Source: Eledone cirrhosa (Eukaryota). From it: a stretch of DNA of 64,000 bases. Made by a program: the position numbers and the translations under genes. A model generated the notes under the pieces. It did no database searches. It saw only the letters and a list, made by a program, of their open reading frames with translations, and had not been told where the DNA came from. Position 1 is the first letter of the stretch, and the number at the start of each line of letters is the position of its first letter. Shown here in pieces: positions 50,524-64,000 of this stretch. The stretch spans positions 218,364,001 to 218,428,000 of the forward strand of contig OZ024740.1 in the NCBI GenBank assembly GCA_964016885.1. The letters are read 5' to 3'.

Positions 50524-50812
50524 GTAAATATCATCTTGGTTAAGAGAATGGGATCGGCTTTGTGCAGCTCACTATAAAAGCTTCACGGCACAGGCATTGC
50601 TTTATATCTGGAGATCTCTCTGCACTTGTCGTCACATGGTACCATGGGCCCAGCACTATGTGTCAATAATTGTCACAAGTGTAGTGTTTGTACCAGAGTT
50701 TTCAAGTCGCTGGCTGGACTAAAAAGTCACACTCGTTCAGTGCATCAGTAGGGGTTCTCCTACATGGATATAAAGTAGTGGCCGTACTCGAAAACGAGTT
50801 GGCAGCCACCAT
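50524..50812 (+). mobile_element. RTE-like 3'-end repeat, copy 3
   Basis: Near-identical to 434-730, flanked by TA/TG microsatellite. Confidence 0.7.
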
Positions 50813-51079
50813 GTGTGTGTATATATATATATATATACATGTGTGTGTGTATATATTATATGTATATATATACATGTGTATGTATACATACATGTATATA
50901 TGTATGTGGGTGTATATATATATATGTATATATATATATACATGTATATATGTGTGTATATATATATATATGTATATATAAACATGTGTATGTATACATG
51001 TATATATGTGTGTGTGTGTATATATATGTATATATAAACATGTGTATGTATACATACATGTATGAGTGTGTGTATATAG

Positions 51080-51129
<50 letters not shown>

Positions 51130-51918
51130 TTGTGCGCGTGTATATACAGCTTAGTAGTTACTGTTGTTTGACCCCAGGATCAAAGACATTCCAGTGACCA
51201 CCCCGTCTTATTTCAATGCACCCGAATTACTCATATCTCTAATCACTCTCTCTCTCTCTCACATATTTAAATATATGCATATTTAAACATGAATTCATGT
51301 AATTATTACATAATACTTGACAGTGTACATGTACGTATATAAATACAAATGCATATATATACACAATCCATTCGCAATGGATTCGCAATCGTAAGGTTGT
51401 GAGTTCGATTCCTGTACCAGGCGATGCGTTATGTCCTTGAGCAAGACACTTTATTTCACGTTGCTCCTTTAACATGGAGTTGCGACCGATAGATAGTATT
51501 AGCAATTGGAAAGACCAACGGAAACATTGTTCCCTCGGTCCGATTTGACGAAAGTCGATCGTCTTCCATATATACACACACACCCATAGAATAAGCGTTT
51601 GTGTGTGTATATATATATATATATATACATATTCCCAAAGAATAAGCGTGTGTGTGTGTGTATATATATATATATGTGTATGTATATATATATATGCATA
51701 TGTATGTATGTATGTATCATCATCATCATCATCATCATCTTTTAACGTCTATCTTTCACGCTAGCATGGGTTTAAACGGGAATTGTCCCACTTGAGGCAA
51801 GATTGGTCGTCTCGCTCGTATGGGGCTGTCTGGTAGGCCCTTCCTAACACTAACCACGTTTACAGTGTGGACTGGGAGGTTTTTACCATGTTACCTACAC
51901 GGCAACATTACAGCGTCG

Positions 51919-51976
<58 letters not shown>

Positions 51977-52109
51977 GTTGTCGTGACACCTACACGACCT
52001 CATTTATTTAGGACTGGATGTTGTGGTACCAACATAACTTTACAGAGAATGGGGTGGTGTTGATGGGGGTGGAGGTGTATATTTGATTAAGAGGTGCCTA
52101 CTGATTGTA

Positions 52110-52430
52110 GGTTTCGCTTTGTACTTAGGCAAGGCGAGTTTTCTGTATTACTGTGTGGCGCCAAAGATCTCGGTCAAGTGACATTGTCTTAGAGAGGTGT
52201 AAGTGTGTAAAGTCGGAATTTATCAAATCGTCCATAGTTTTTCTGGGTCTGCCCACTCTGTAACTTCCGTCAATTTTGATCGCCCTGCACTTTTTTTTTA
52301 TTTATTTGTCGTCTTTCATGCGCATCACATGACCATACCAGCGTAGTCTTCTCTTGAGTAAACAGCACCTGATCCCTCTTATTCCTAATTTCTCACTTAG
52401 TTCATTTATGCTTTGCCGTTCACGTATATT
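52110..52430 (-). pseudogene. RTE-clade LINE 3' fragment
   Basis: Minus translation RRLRWYGHVMRM...GRPRKT...DRDLWR. Confidence 0.7.
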
Positions 52431-52719
52431 ACTATCCTTCCCTCCACAAATTTGCCATCATAGAATTATTATGTCTCAACAACAAACTTTTGACCAATCC
52501 TTGTGACAATCACTTTTACCATATACGGAATTACCCCTCGAGAAGCTCGGCTATTCAATTACCAGGATAAACATTATCATTTAGTCCAGAATTAGCCGTC
52601 GAAACGGCTTGAGCTCAGCCGTCGGGGTCCTACTGGTTCCTATTACCCACTCTACTACCCTAAGTATTGAGTACTTTGGTGCGTTATGGTCCACCTGGTT
52701 CCTTACCACATTTCCGTCG

Positions 52720-52811
<92 letters not shown>

Positions 52812-52890
52812 ATATATATATATATTATATATATATTATATATATATATATTATATATATATTATATATATATATATTATATATATATTA

Positions 52891-52935
<45 letters not shown>

Positions 52936-52967
52936 ATATATTATATATATATTATATATATATATAT

Positions 52968-53001
<34 letters not shown>

Positions 53002-53015
53002 ATATATATTATATA

Positions 53016-53060
<45 letters not shown>

Positions 53061-53066
53061 ATATAT

Positions 53067-53152
<86 letters not shown>

Positions 53153-53179
53153 ATATTATATATATATGTATATATATAT

Positions 53180-53278
<99 letters not shown>

Positions 53279-53335
53279 ATTATATATATATATTATATAT
53301 ATATATTATATATATATTATATTATATATATATAC

Positions 53336-53366
<31 letters not shown>

Positions 53367-53440
53367 CATATATATATACATATCTATATACATATATATA
53401 TATATACATATCTATATACATATATATATATATACATATC

Positions 53441-53500
<60 letters not shown>

Positions 53501-53520
53501 CATATATATATATACATATC

Positions 53521-53582
<62 letters not shown>

Positions 53583-53802
53583 CATATATATATATACATA
53601 TATATATATACATATATATATACACATATATATATATACATATATATATACACATATATATATACATATACATACATATATATATATATACATATATATA
53701 TACATATATATATATATACATATACATATACATATATATATACATATATATATACATATATATATATATATACATATATATATACATATATATACATATA
53801 TC

Positions 53803-53837
<35 letters not shown>

Positions 53838-54249
53838 ATACATACATACATACACACATACATACATACATACATACATACATATGCACATACACACACA
53901 CGTGTCTGTGTCTGTGTTTGTATGTGTCTTTATAATATGTCTCTGAGTGTGTAAAGACGTAAGCCGAAATCTTTTTTGGTTGGTTGTAGACGTCATTGAC
54001 AGCCTGACTAAACTGACACAGTTCTTGACACCAACATACATATATATACACACACATTTACTTTATATATACACACACATTTACTTTATATATAAAATAA
54101 ACAGATCATATATAACCATAAGTTTCATGTGTGTTTGTGTATATATCATATATGTATATAAATAAACTATATAGGTGCCAGTGCATACACACACATATAT
54201 ATGTAATTGCGTGTGTATATATATATATATATATATGTGTGTGTACGAT

Positions 54250-54405
54250 ATATTAACAAATGGAAACTATCTTTATAAAACCATATTTATTTCAAGGACA
54301 CCAAGTTAAATTATGGTGTGCTTTCATCAGATAAAATATAATGTAGATCAGTTTTATAAATAAATATTGACATACCCTTAAAGAATGCGACCATTTCTGT
54401 TGGAA
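54250..54405 (-). repeat. AT-rich HHR-family copy with helix III and cleavage site deleted
   Basis: Minus: tattttat CTGATGA aag.acacca...tggtgt.ctt GAAA joined directly to taaatatggttttataaa. Homologous to 60430-60562. Confidence 0.7.
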
Positions 54406-54675
54406 TATATATGTATGTATATATATACATGTATATGTATGTATATATATACATATATATATATGTATGTATATATATACATATATATATACATATGTAT
54501 GTATATATATATGTATGTATGTATATATATATGTATATATATATGTATATATATATATGTATGTATATATATATATATATGTATGTATATATATATATGT
54601 ATGTATGTATATATATGTATGTATGTATATATATATATGTATGTGTATGTATGTATATATATATGTATGTGTATG

Positions 54676-54735
<60 letters not shown>

Positions 54736-54845
54736 TGTATATATATACATATATATATATGTATATATATACATATGTATGTATGTATGTATGTATATAT
54801 ATATATGTATGTATATATATATATGTATGTATATATATATGTATG

Positions 54846-54878
<33 letters not shown>

Positions 54879-54981
54879 GTATATATATGTATGTATATAT
54901 GTATATATATGTATGTATATATGTATATATATATATGTATGTATATATGTATATATGTATGTATATATGTATGTATGTATG

Positions 54982-55013
<32 letters not shown>

Positions 55014-55015
55014 TG

Positions 55016-55064
<49 letters not shown>

Positions 55065-57128
55065 GTGTATGTATGTATGTATGTATATAAAATTAAAGTG
55101 CTTTTTGGTGATATTAAACGTGACACATTGTGTGACAAGGCTGGCGCTTCGATTGATGGGTAAAACGCTTTTTGGCCACTATGTGGACTGGAGCAACGTG
55201 AAATAGTGTTGCTCAAGAACACAACGTGTCACCGAGGATCGAACTCACACCCTTACGATCGTTAGCCGAACACCATAACTACGATGTCACGCACCTTCGC
55301 AAGGGTGAGAGTTTATTCATCCCTTATCTCCTCAGCCTGTATATTGTGCCTTTTGTCCTTTTTCATTTAGCAGCTCTGGCAGAGTTATCGTTACTGGTTA
55401 GAACACCTGGGAAGCTCAGGCGACCTTCCAGTAGACACTTCTATTCGTATAACTGTCGTTAATTTGGGCTCACTTTCCCTCCTTTTTGCTCAATTACCGT
55501 CTTCGAAGGCTTCCCATCCTTCACCAGAGGCAATCTCCTACCCATCACTGCAAGATAAGGGGGGGGGACTACTAGTTGGTGCTGAAGGCCCATTTTGTGC
55601 TGAAGAGGATTATCTGTGCCCTATCTTCACAGCCCTTACTGCAGATTGTGGCTTTTTCACGTCTTTCCTTGCGTAATGTTATCTTCCTAGTTACAACTGT
55701 TGTTGCTGTGGAAACAACAGCAGCAACAGCCATGATCTTCACTTTAGAAACCTCTATTTTCTGCTGTCCTCTTTCTCTCCTTTTCTAGGTTATCAAGCAA
55801 ATTTTACTATATACATGTACCAACTGGACCTTGTACCATCAGTGCTTTTCTCCTCCTGTCTACGCCCTCAGTTTTGTATAAATCCAGTGTATATTTGTGG
55901 TTTAACAAGGGTCATCGTGACCTGGGTATCCATTCAGACTTCCACATATCTAATGTTACTTTCATGGGAATTACTCTACCTCATGTGTGTCGTCACGTCA
56001 AGGTTCACTCTAACTATTATCTCTCGCCTTGATCCCTGTATTCCTTTTGCGACATAATCACACTTTAGTATTCAGCCCTTCTCAACTTTGTTTTCTCACA
56101 ACTTTCTTAATAACACATATTTTAAAATGAAAATCTTCATGTTTTCCAAGGTACAGATTACGATTACACTGATCTATTTATTTTTTATATTATTTAAATT
56201 TTTCGCAATTTCTAGTGGCTTTCATCCTTGCGGGGTCGATACAATAAAGTACCAGTAAGCGAGTAACACACTGGAGTCGATTTAATCGACTTCCCTCTCC
56301 CCAAAATTGTTGGCCATGTGTCTAAATTAGAAACCATTATTATTTAGTAATGCACTGGGTAATTGCTGGCCTTGTGCCTAAAGTAGAAACAATTATTATT
56401 ATTATTTGAGACTTCCTTTGAGTTCTGTTTATTTCCCAAATCATGCCGAATGTCACCCTGACACCTGAGGCAAAATTTGATAATACACACCTTTTACAAT
56501 TAATTGCCACAAAAATGATGCCACAAGGGCACAAACAACAGTAAATGTCTTTGCAAGGTTTCTGAACTGTTAATGCCCTTCTCAGGACATGGACAGTGTC
56601 AGTCAGCACTATTTTCTGTATCTCTTGCAGAGATGGCTTTCCGGGTATCAGGTCAGTGTTGGTAGAGCGTCGGACACCATGCTTTGCAGCATAGAGTTAC
56701 GGCGCTTTTACGATCTGACTTCAAATCCCGCCGAGGTTAGCTTTGCCTTTTATCCTTACGGGGTTCGATAAAATAAAGCACCAGTAATGCACTGAGGTCG
56801 ATTTAATCGACTTTACCCTCTCTCCAAATTGCTGGACTTCTGCCTATAGTAGAAATTATTATTATTGTTAATATTATTATTCAAATACATTGATGTAATC
56901 GTAATCTGTAGCTTGGAAAAATATTTCTACAAAATATCAATGAAAGATATACATTATTAAGAAAGCTATGCAGAAACAAAGTCGTTGGTGTCACTAAACC
57001 GTAGTTATGTCCCCTTTTTCAAATGTATTGCAGCACCAGCTTATGCATTGCATTGGTCGAGGGAGCACACATCCTACAGGACATGAGCTAGGGGTTTTCT
57101 CCATTTTTTCATTCGAGGGCATACTGTA

Positions 57129-57161
<33 letters not shown>

Positions 57162-57570
57162 ATTCTTTGTACAAAAAAAACAAAAACATAAAACTCTTTC
57201 GCCTCGCCCTATCTTGAATAAATCCCTTGGGAAAGTAGATGGTGCATCAATATACTTCATGCATACCTATTCATCTTCTTTGAGACGGCTCATGTTGAGT
57301 CGCTTCATTTAACCCACAGCCATTCCAATAGATGAGATATTATGCTCTTGTTAGTGGTAGCAATGGTGTTGTCTTTGGTGTTTTTACTGTTTATAGATTT
57401 TTATTTCCATTTAAATTAAAATATCGAACACCTTCGTTTTTTGTATGTTATCCATTGAGTAAATATTTGCTGCGTCTTCTGTTTTTTCTTCTCTTTTTTA
57501 TGGATTTTCGTATTGTTTTCTCTTTAATATATTTAATGTGTCTGAAAATAATTGGGGGGGGGTATTTGTT

Positions 57571-57745
57571 TTGGCAGTATCGGTAGAGGGTCGGACGACA
57601 TGCTTTCCAGCATAGTTACGTCCCTTTACGATCTGAGTTCAAATCCCGCCGAGGTTGACTTTGCCTTTCATACTTACGGGGTCGATAAAATAAAGTACCA
57701 GTAATGCACTGGGTAATTGCTGGCCTTGTAGTAGAAACAATTATA
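57571..57745 (+). mobile_element. Nin-like SINE (further copies at about 24100-24505, 25007-25228, 26115-26275, 36410-36550, 56216-56405, 56655-56865, 58535-58718)
   Basis: Near-identical to 4098-4277. Confidence 0.8.
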
Positions 57746-57815
57746 ACACAACTCTACAACTACCATGGAGGGCCACTCCTTGGGTCTCTTTAAAGAAAGC
57801 CATCTTCAATACACC

Positions 57816-57849
<34 letters not shown>

Positions 57850-57924
57850 TCTCAGAAGATCCCGTTGAGGGTGAAAGCAGCGATTCTTTTCTTAAACTTT
57901 AATCTGTTATTTAATATATATATA

Positions 57925-58272
57925 TAGGACGTCACTGTGTGGTGCCAAAAGTCCCGTCTGTCACATCTAGAGCAGATATTGCAATAGCCTTGGATTCAAA
58001 GGCCCTCAACTCTTCAACAAGCTGCCAAGAAATTTGAGAGACCTGCATGGTGTGGACGTGGATGTTTTCAAGAAACATCTTGACACCCTGCTATCCAGGA
58101 TCCTGGATGAGCCCACAGCACGGTACGAAGGTAACCTAAGGGCAGCAGTAACGAACTTCCCCTTACACTTATGGCCAGCCAACACGGGCTGGAGATAGTG
58201 GGTGTTGCAACAAGCGCGGTGCCCCAGCATGGCCTCAGCCGGATGGCTGGAACAGATAAAAGACTAGAAGAG
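57925..58272 (+). pseudogene. CR1/L2-like LINE 3' end
   Basis: Translation RYCNSLGFKGPQLFNKLPRNLRDLHGVDVDVFKKHLDTLLSRILDEP resembles CR1-group ORF2 C-termini. Ends in (TA)n. Confidence 0.65.
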
Positions 58273-59332
58273 TATATATACATAGTTCGAAATAAACAAA
58301 CACACAGACGCAGGAGTAAATGGTACATGGTGTTATTAGCTTCACGGTTAGTGAGGGGGGCGGTTATACACAAACACACACGCACACATATATATATATA
58401 TATATGTACATACGCACACACACGCATATATATATATATATACACATACATACATATGGGAAACGAGTCAGGACCCCAACAACTGAGCTCCGGCCGTTTC
58501 GCCCGCTAGTTCTGATAAATATATATATATATAATAATTGTTTCTACTTTTGGCACAAGGCCAGCAATTAACCAGTACATTACTGGTACTTTATTTTATC
58601 GACCCGTAAGGATGAAAGGCAAAGTTGACCTCGGCGGGATTTGAACTCAGAATGGCAAGGGCCGCAACTCTATGCGTCAAAGCATGGCGTCCGACCCTCT
58701 ACCGATAGTGCCAATCCAGCGTGTGTAAGTTAGTGAACATATAATTATAGTCTACCAGATAGGGCGATCTCAAGAAAAGGAGAGATCAATACAGGTATTG
58801 AGTGCCAACTTTATTTATTGTAAGACACTAACTGTGTGGGGATTCCCGTTCCACATGAAACTGCTTGTATTATTGAATTTTCAAATGCCCACAATAAAAT
58901 GCATTATGTATGTGTATATATATGTGTATATATGAATGAATATATAAGAATATATGTGTGTGTGTGTGCATATATATATATGTATTTATATATGTATATG
59001 TATATATATGAATGAATATATAAGAATATATGTGTGTGTGTGTGCATATATATATATGTATTTATATGTATATATGTACAAATATATATGCATATATATC
59101 TGTATATATATATATTTATGTATATGTATATGCGTATATATATATATGTGTGTGTGTGTGTGTATGTATATATATATGTGTGTGTATATATATATGTGTG
59201 TGTGTATATATGTGTGTATATATGTGTATTTATATGTATGTATATAGATGTACGTATGTAGATATGTATGTATATATATATGTATGTATATAGATGTACG
59301 TATATATATATATGTGTATACACGCGTGTGTA

Positions 59333-59366
<34 letters not shown>

Positions 59367-59384
59367 CTTATGTATATTCAATGA

Positions 59385-60355
59385 TCTATATATATAAAAC
59401 TGTGGTTGTCTGTCTGTCTATCGATTTTTGGCACACATCTCCTCTTAGAATCTCTCACGGAATTGCACCGAAATTGCTATACTTGTACATTGAGCCCTAG
59501 CGAAGACATCGGAAAAAAATATTTCAAATTGACCCACCCTATGTGACGAAATCGAATATAATGTATCGATTTTTGAGCGTAAGTTATCAGTTATTTCCCT
59601 TTGTTCTGTTTACATTGAGCGTCTTACGTAAAAAATTACGCTGGCTTTCTCAGCGTTTAAAATGACATTAACACAATACACGAACAGTTGTCGTCGAGCC
59701 AGCAAAATATTGACCTGCAAAATTCATCAGTTCGAACACTAAGCTTCCGTTTTGCTTCATTTCCATTTAAAAGCATTTTAAAACAATATGTTTACTTGAA
59801 AACAAGTCTATTTAAAGACTACGTAAAACAAGCAAATATTTCGTCGTTAGGCGTGCAGACAGATAGTCGTGCAGAGAGGTGATATAGGCGTGCAGACAGA
59901 CAGTCGTGCAGAGAGGTGATATAGGCGTGCAGACAGACAGTCGTGCAGAGAGGTGATATAGGCGTGCAGACAGACAGTCGTGCAGAGAGGTGATATAGGC
60001 GTGCAGACAGACAGTCGTGCAGAGAGGTGATATAGGCGTGCAGACAGACATAACTGATAATTTGGTTACGCTAATGTTTTTCTCTGCGTTGCAGTGTTTA
60101 CATTTTCGATCTTTGTTAATAAATAACCAGTGCAGTTTCTATCCCCAGCATCCTCTTTTGTTATAACATTCGGGTTATCGTTATGTTTTCTTAACTTCAT
60201 AAGGCATATTGTTGGTTGAGGGAATATTAATCAAAAACACCACATGCAAGTCTGCACAGTAGACACTACAGTTTTTAAGCCAAGAAAGAAACTTAACATT
60301 GTAACTTTAACACAGCTACTGAGCGACCCCGAGCAACGCCGGGCTTTACTGCTAG
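59385..60355 (+). mobile_element. Non-autonomous Helitron with internal 37-bp minisatellite
   Basis: Starts A|TCtatatatataaaa..tgtctgtctgtc; ends with hairpin cccg-agcaacgc-cggg, 8 nt, CTAG|T. A 37-bp unit repeats ~5.5 times at 59848-60050. Confidence 0.8.
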
Positions 60356-60462
60356 TATTAAATAAATGGAAACTATATTTATAAAACCTATCTATCGAGG
60401 AAAAACTTGAGCCGTTAAGGTATTTTTTCTTGTTTATGTCAATATTTATAAAACAAACTTTC

Positions 60463-60524
60463 TATTTTATCTGATGAGGTGGTACCAAAGTTTTTGGTAC
60501 CCTTGAAATATATATAATAGAATA
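60463..60524 (+). ncRNA. AT-rich type I hammerhead ribozyme
   Basis: tattttat CTGATGA(60471-77) ggt-ggtaccaaa-gtt-tttggtacc-ctt GAAA(60505-08) tatata TA atagaata. Helix I is 8 bp. Confidence 0.8.
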
Positions 60525-60609
60525 AATATGGTTTTATAAATATAGTTTCCATTTATTTAATATCATTGAATATTATACCCCAGAAAAGCTGTCGAGTGCT
60601 CTGAATCAG

Positions 60610-60654
<45 letters not shown>

Positions 60655-60691
60655 ATTAAATAAATGGAAACTATATTTATAAAACCATATC

Positions 60692-60757
60692 TATTTCATT
60701 ATATATATTTCGGGGATATCATATTAACAATATGCTATGCCTTCCTCAGACAAAATA
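60692..60757 (-). ncRNA. AT-rich type I hammerhead ribozyme (diverged sister copy)
   Basis: Minus: tattttgt CTGAGGA aggcatag-catatt-gtt-aatatg-atatcccc GAAA tatata TA atgaaata. Confidence 0.7.
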
Positions 60758-61059
60758 CAATATAAACAGTTTTATAGATAAATAGATTCGACATACCGTT
60801 ATAACACCGACTTCCATTTGAAGAGGTTTAAGCTGGCAGTGAAAAAATTTTACACAGAGAGAAAGAAAGAGAGAAAAAGAAAGAAAGACAGAAAACGAAG
60901 AAAAGGAAGAAAAAGAAGAAATGCATGGAACAAAATAGAGAGTTAATATTTAATATTTAATATTGTAAATATACTCCAAATATTTGTCGAGTGCTTTTAT
61001 ATCAGTTATAAATATTTACTAGTTGTAACCCAACAATTTTAAATTTTAAATATAACTTT

Positions 61060-61109
<50 letters not shown>

Positions 61110-61244
61110 CGACGGAAATGTGGTAAGGAACCAGGTGGACCATAACGCACCAAAGTACTCAATACTTAGGGTAGTAGAGTGGGTAATAGGAACGAGTAGG
61201 ACCCCGACGGCTGAGCTCAAGCCGTTTCGACGGCTAATTCTGGA

Positions 61245-61286
<42 letters not shown>

Positions 61287-61288
<2 letters not shown>

Positions 61289-61408
61289 TTTATCCCGGGT
61301 TCAATCAGGGGTAACCACAGTAAGTAAGGTACTCAATACAAAGCAGAGTATAAATATTTAATATAGAAATGGCTTCTACAGGACTAGAACTGTTTGATTC
61401 GGGAGAAT
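61287..61408 (-). repeat. Truncated copy of the 902-1037 HHR element
   Basis: Homologous to 902-1022. Its 5' end stops exactly at the start of helix II (attctcccgaat). Confidence 0.75.
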
Positions 61409-62186
61409 GTATATATATGTATATACATATATATACATATGTATATACATATGTATATACATATATATACATATGTAAATATATGTATATACATATATAT
61501 ATACACATATATATATATATATATACACTATATATATACATATGTATATATATATTTATGTATATATGTATATATAAATGTGTGCAAATATATTTATGTA
61601 TACATATATATATATACATATATACACATATGTATATATACACATATATATATACATATGTGCATATATATTTATGTATATATGTATATATAAATGTGTA
61701 AATATATTTATGTATACATATGTATATATATATATATGTGTATATATATATATATATATGTGTGTATATATATATATATATGTATGTATATACGTATACA
61801 TATATATATATATACGTATACATATATATATATGTATATATGTATATATATATGTATATATGTATGTATATATTTATGTATATATATATATGTATATATT
61901 TATGTATATATGTATATATATGTATATATATATATATGTATGTATATGTTTATATGTATGTATATATATATATGTATATATATGTATGTATATGTTTATA
62001 TGTGTATATATATATATCGACAGTCGACCGACTTTCCTCAAATCGGACCGTGGACACAATGTTTCCATTGGTCTTTCCAATTGTTAATACTATATATCGG
62101 TCGCAATTCCAGGTAGAAGGAGCAAAGTGAAATAAGTATCTTGCTCAAGGATATAACAGTCGTGGAATCGTGTGTGCAAATATATA

Positions 62187-62251
<65 letters not shown>

Positions 62252-62542
62252 GTGTGTGTGTATATGTATATATCTATTTATATATATCCGTATATATATA
62301 TGTATATCTATATATATATGTATGTATATATATATCTGTATATATATGTGTATATATATATATGTATGTGTATATATATATATATATATATAATGTGTGT
62401 ATATGTATATCTATATATATGTATATATATGTGTATATGTGTATATATATATATGTATGTGTATATATATATGTATGTGTATATATATATATATATATAT
62501 AATGTGTGTATATGTATATCTATATATATGTATATATATGTG

Positions 62543-62579
<37 letters not shown>

Positions 62580-63238
62580 TTACGTATATATATATATATG
62601 TGTACGCGTATATGTATATATATATGTGTATATGTATACATATGTAGTGTATATGTGTATATGTATACATATGTAATGTATATATATATATGTGTGTACA
62701 TGTATACACATGTAATGTATATATATATATATATATGTATATATATTAAAAAAAAGTCTAAAGTCTGTCTTTAGCCAGAAGGCTCATTTGGCCGGTGCTT
62801 ATCCCGATTTCATGGCGTGAAGTGACTGGGAGTACAAGACTCCCCCCTAGACAGGACGCCAGTCCATCGCAGGGTTAAACCTCCAGCTATTGCTGGTACT
62901 CATTTCCAGCTGAGTATACTGAAGCAACGTGAAATGAAGTGTTTTGCTCAAGAACACAACACACAACCCAAGAATCGAGCCCACTATATTATGACCGTAA
63001 GTCCAACACCCTTACCACTAGGCCACGTGCCACCACATATGTATACATTGGAAAACGGCAGAGCTCAAGCCGTTTCGACGGCTATTTCTGGACTATTTCT
63101 GTGTCCAGAAATAGCCGTCGAAACGGCTTGAGCTCTGCCGTCGGTGTCTTACTTTTTCCTATTACCCACTCTACTACCCTAAGTATTGAGTACTCTGGTG
63201 CGATATGGTACATCTAGTTCCTTACCACATTTCCTGCG

Positions 63239-63283
<45 letters not shown>

Positions 63284-63344
63284 TATATATATATTTATAT
63301 ATATATGCATATATGTATGTATATATACACACACACACATATAC

Positions 63345-63377
<33 letters not shown>

Positions 63378-63550
63378 TATATATATTTATATATATATGC
63401 ATATATGTATGTATATATACACACACATACATATATATATATACACACACATATATATATTTATATACATATGCATATATGTATGTATATACACACACAC
63501 ACACACATACATACATACATACATACATACATACATACATACATACATAG

Positions 63551-63745
63551 TATGACTGAACTTGGTTTTGCGGACAAAAAGCGCAGCTCCCTAATTCATA
63601 GTCTACAAATGGCTGCGATAGCTGGCACTTTCAAAATTTGCAAAAAATTCTTGGGATTCAAGGGATGACAATTTCTTTACTTTTACAACCTTGCCACCAG
63701 GAAGGTGGCCGGTCAAAAAAATATACTCGAAATTAAGAGAAAGAG
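63551..63745 (+). pseudogene. Extreme 3' end of an RLE-type (R4/Dong-like) non-LTR element in (CATA)n
   Basis: LIHSLQMAAIAGTFKICKKFL* resembles the LQKAxLLGTxxIxRKFL C-terminus of RLE-clade elements. Short 3' UTR; (CATA)n on the left and catacata on the right. Confidence 0.5.
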
Positions 63746-64000
63746 ATATACATACATATAAAGTAAAATGACAGGAGGCCAAATATGTTGAATTTCCTTA
63801 ATTACTTATTTCTGCAAACTCTGCACATTTCAGTGGATAGGTTGCGTAAGAACCCGATGACATCTTCAGGTGTAAATTGCGTAATACATGTATACCAACG
63901 CAATAATGGTAAACCCATTCCAAGAGGCTTTAAGGAAACAAGCAAAGAAAAAACAGAAGAAAATAAAAGTGTATTCATGTTTTTGACTTAGAGACAAACG

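Noticed and set aside
55330-56060. Possible exon or LINE remnant
   Set aside because: Short ORFs with no recognisable motif or convincing splice pair.
59848-60050. 37-bp direct repeats of CRISPR-like length
   Set aside because: Contiguous with no spacers; lies inside a Helitron.
63815-63880. Minus-strand CTGAAGA...GAAA motif
   Set aside because: Helix II is irregular and there is no convincing UH site with a matching helix I.

Overview
Eukaryotic, AT-rich, microsatellite-saturated DNA. The SINE types and repeat landscape suggest an octopus/cephalopod genome (inference). Almost all short ORFs in the track are translations of (TA)n, (CA)n or (CT)n repeats. Real coding content is retroelement-derived: a near-complete L1/Tx1-like LINE with two open ORFs sitting in a (GATA)n tract (5118-10443, -), three 5'-truncated Penelope-like elements (PLEs; RT + GIY-YIG), and 3' fragments of RTE, CR1/L2 and RLE-type LINEs. 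There are also tRNA-derived SINEs, mariner/pogo/hAT-type MITEs, a non-autonomous Helitron and one plausible host first exon (18381-18450). The main hidden signal is RNA structure. Reading by eye I find about 20 type I hammerhead ribozyme (HHR) motifs, intact or degenerate, from at least 6 sequence families, with compensatory stem changes between relatives. The best is a 6 x ~486-bp non-coding head-to-tail array (45099-47999). Each unit carries an intact HHR with a palindromic helix III and an upstream ATGCAAAT octamer, i.e. a retrozyme/newt-satellite-2-like unit predicted to give self-cleaved, possibly circular RNA. All folds were derived manually and are untested.
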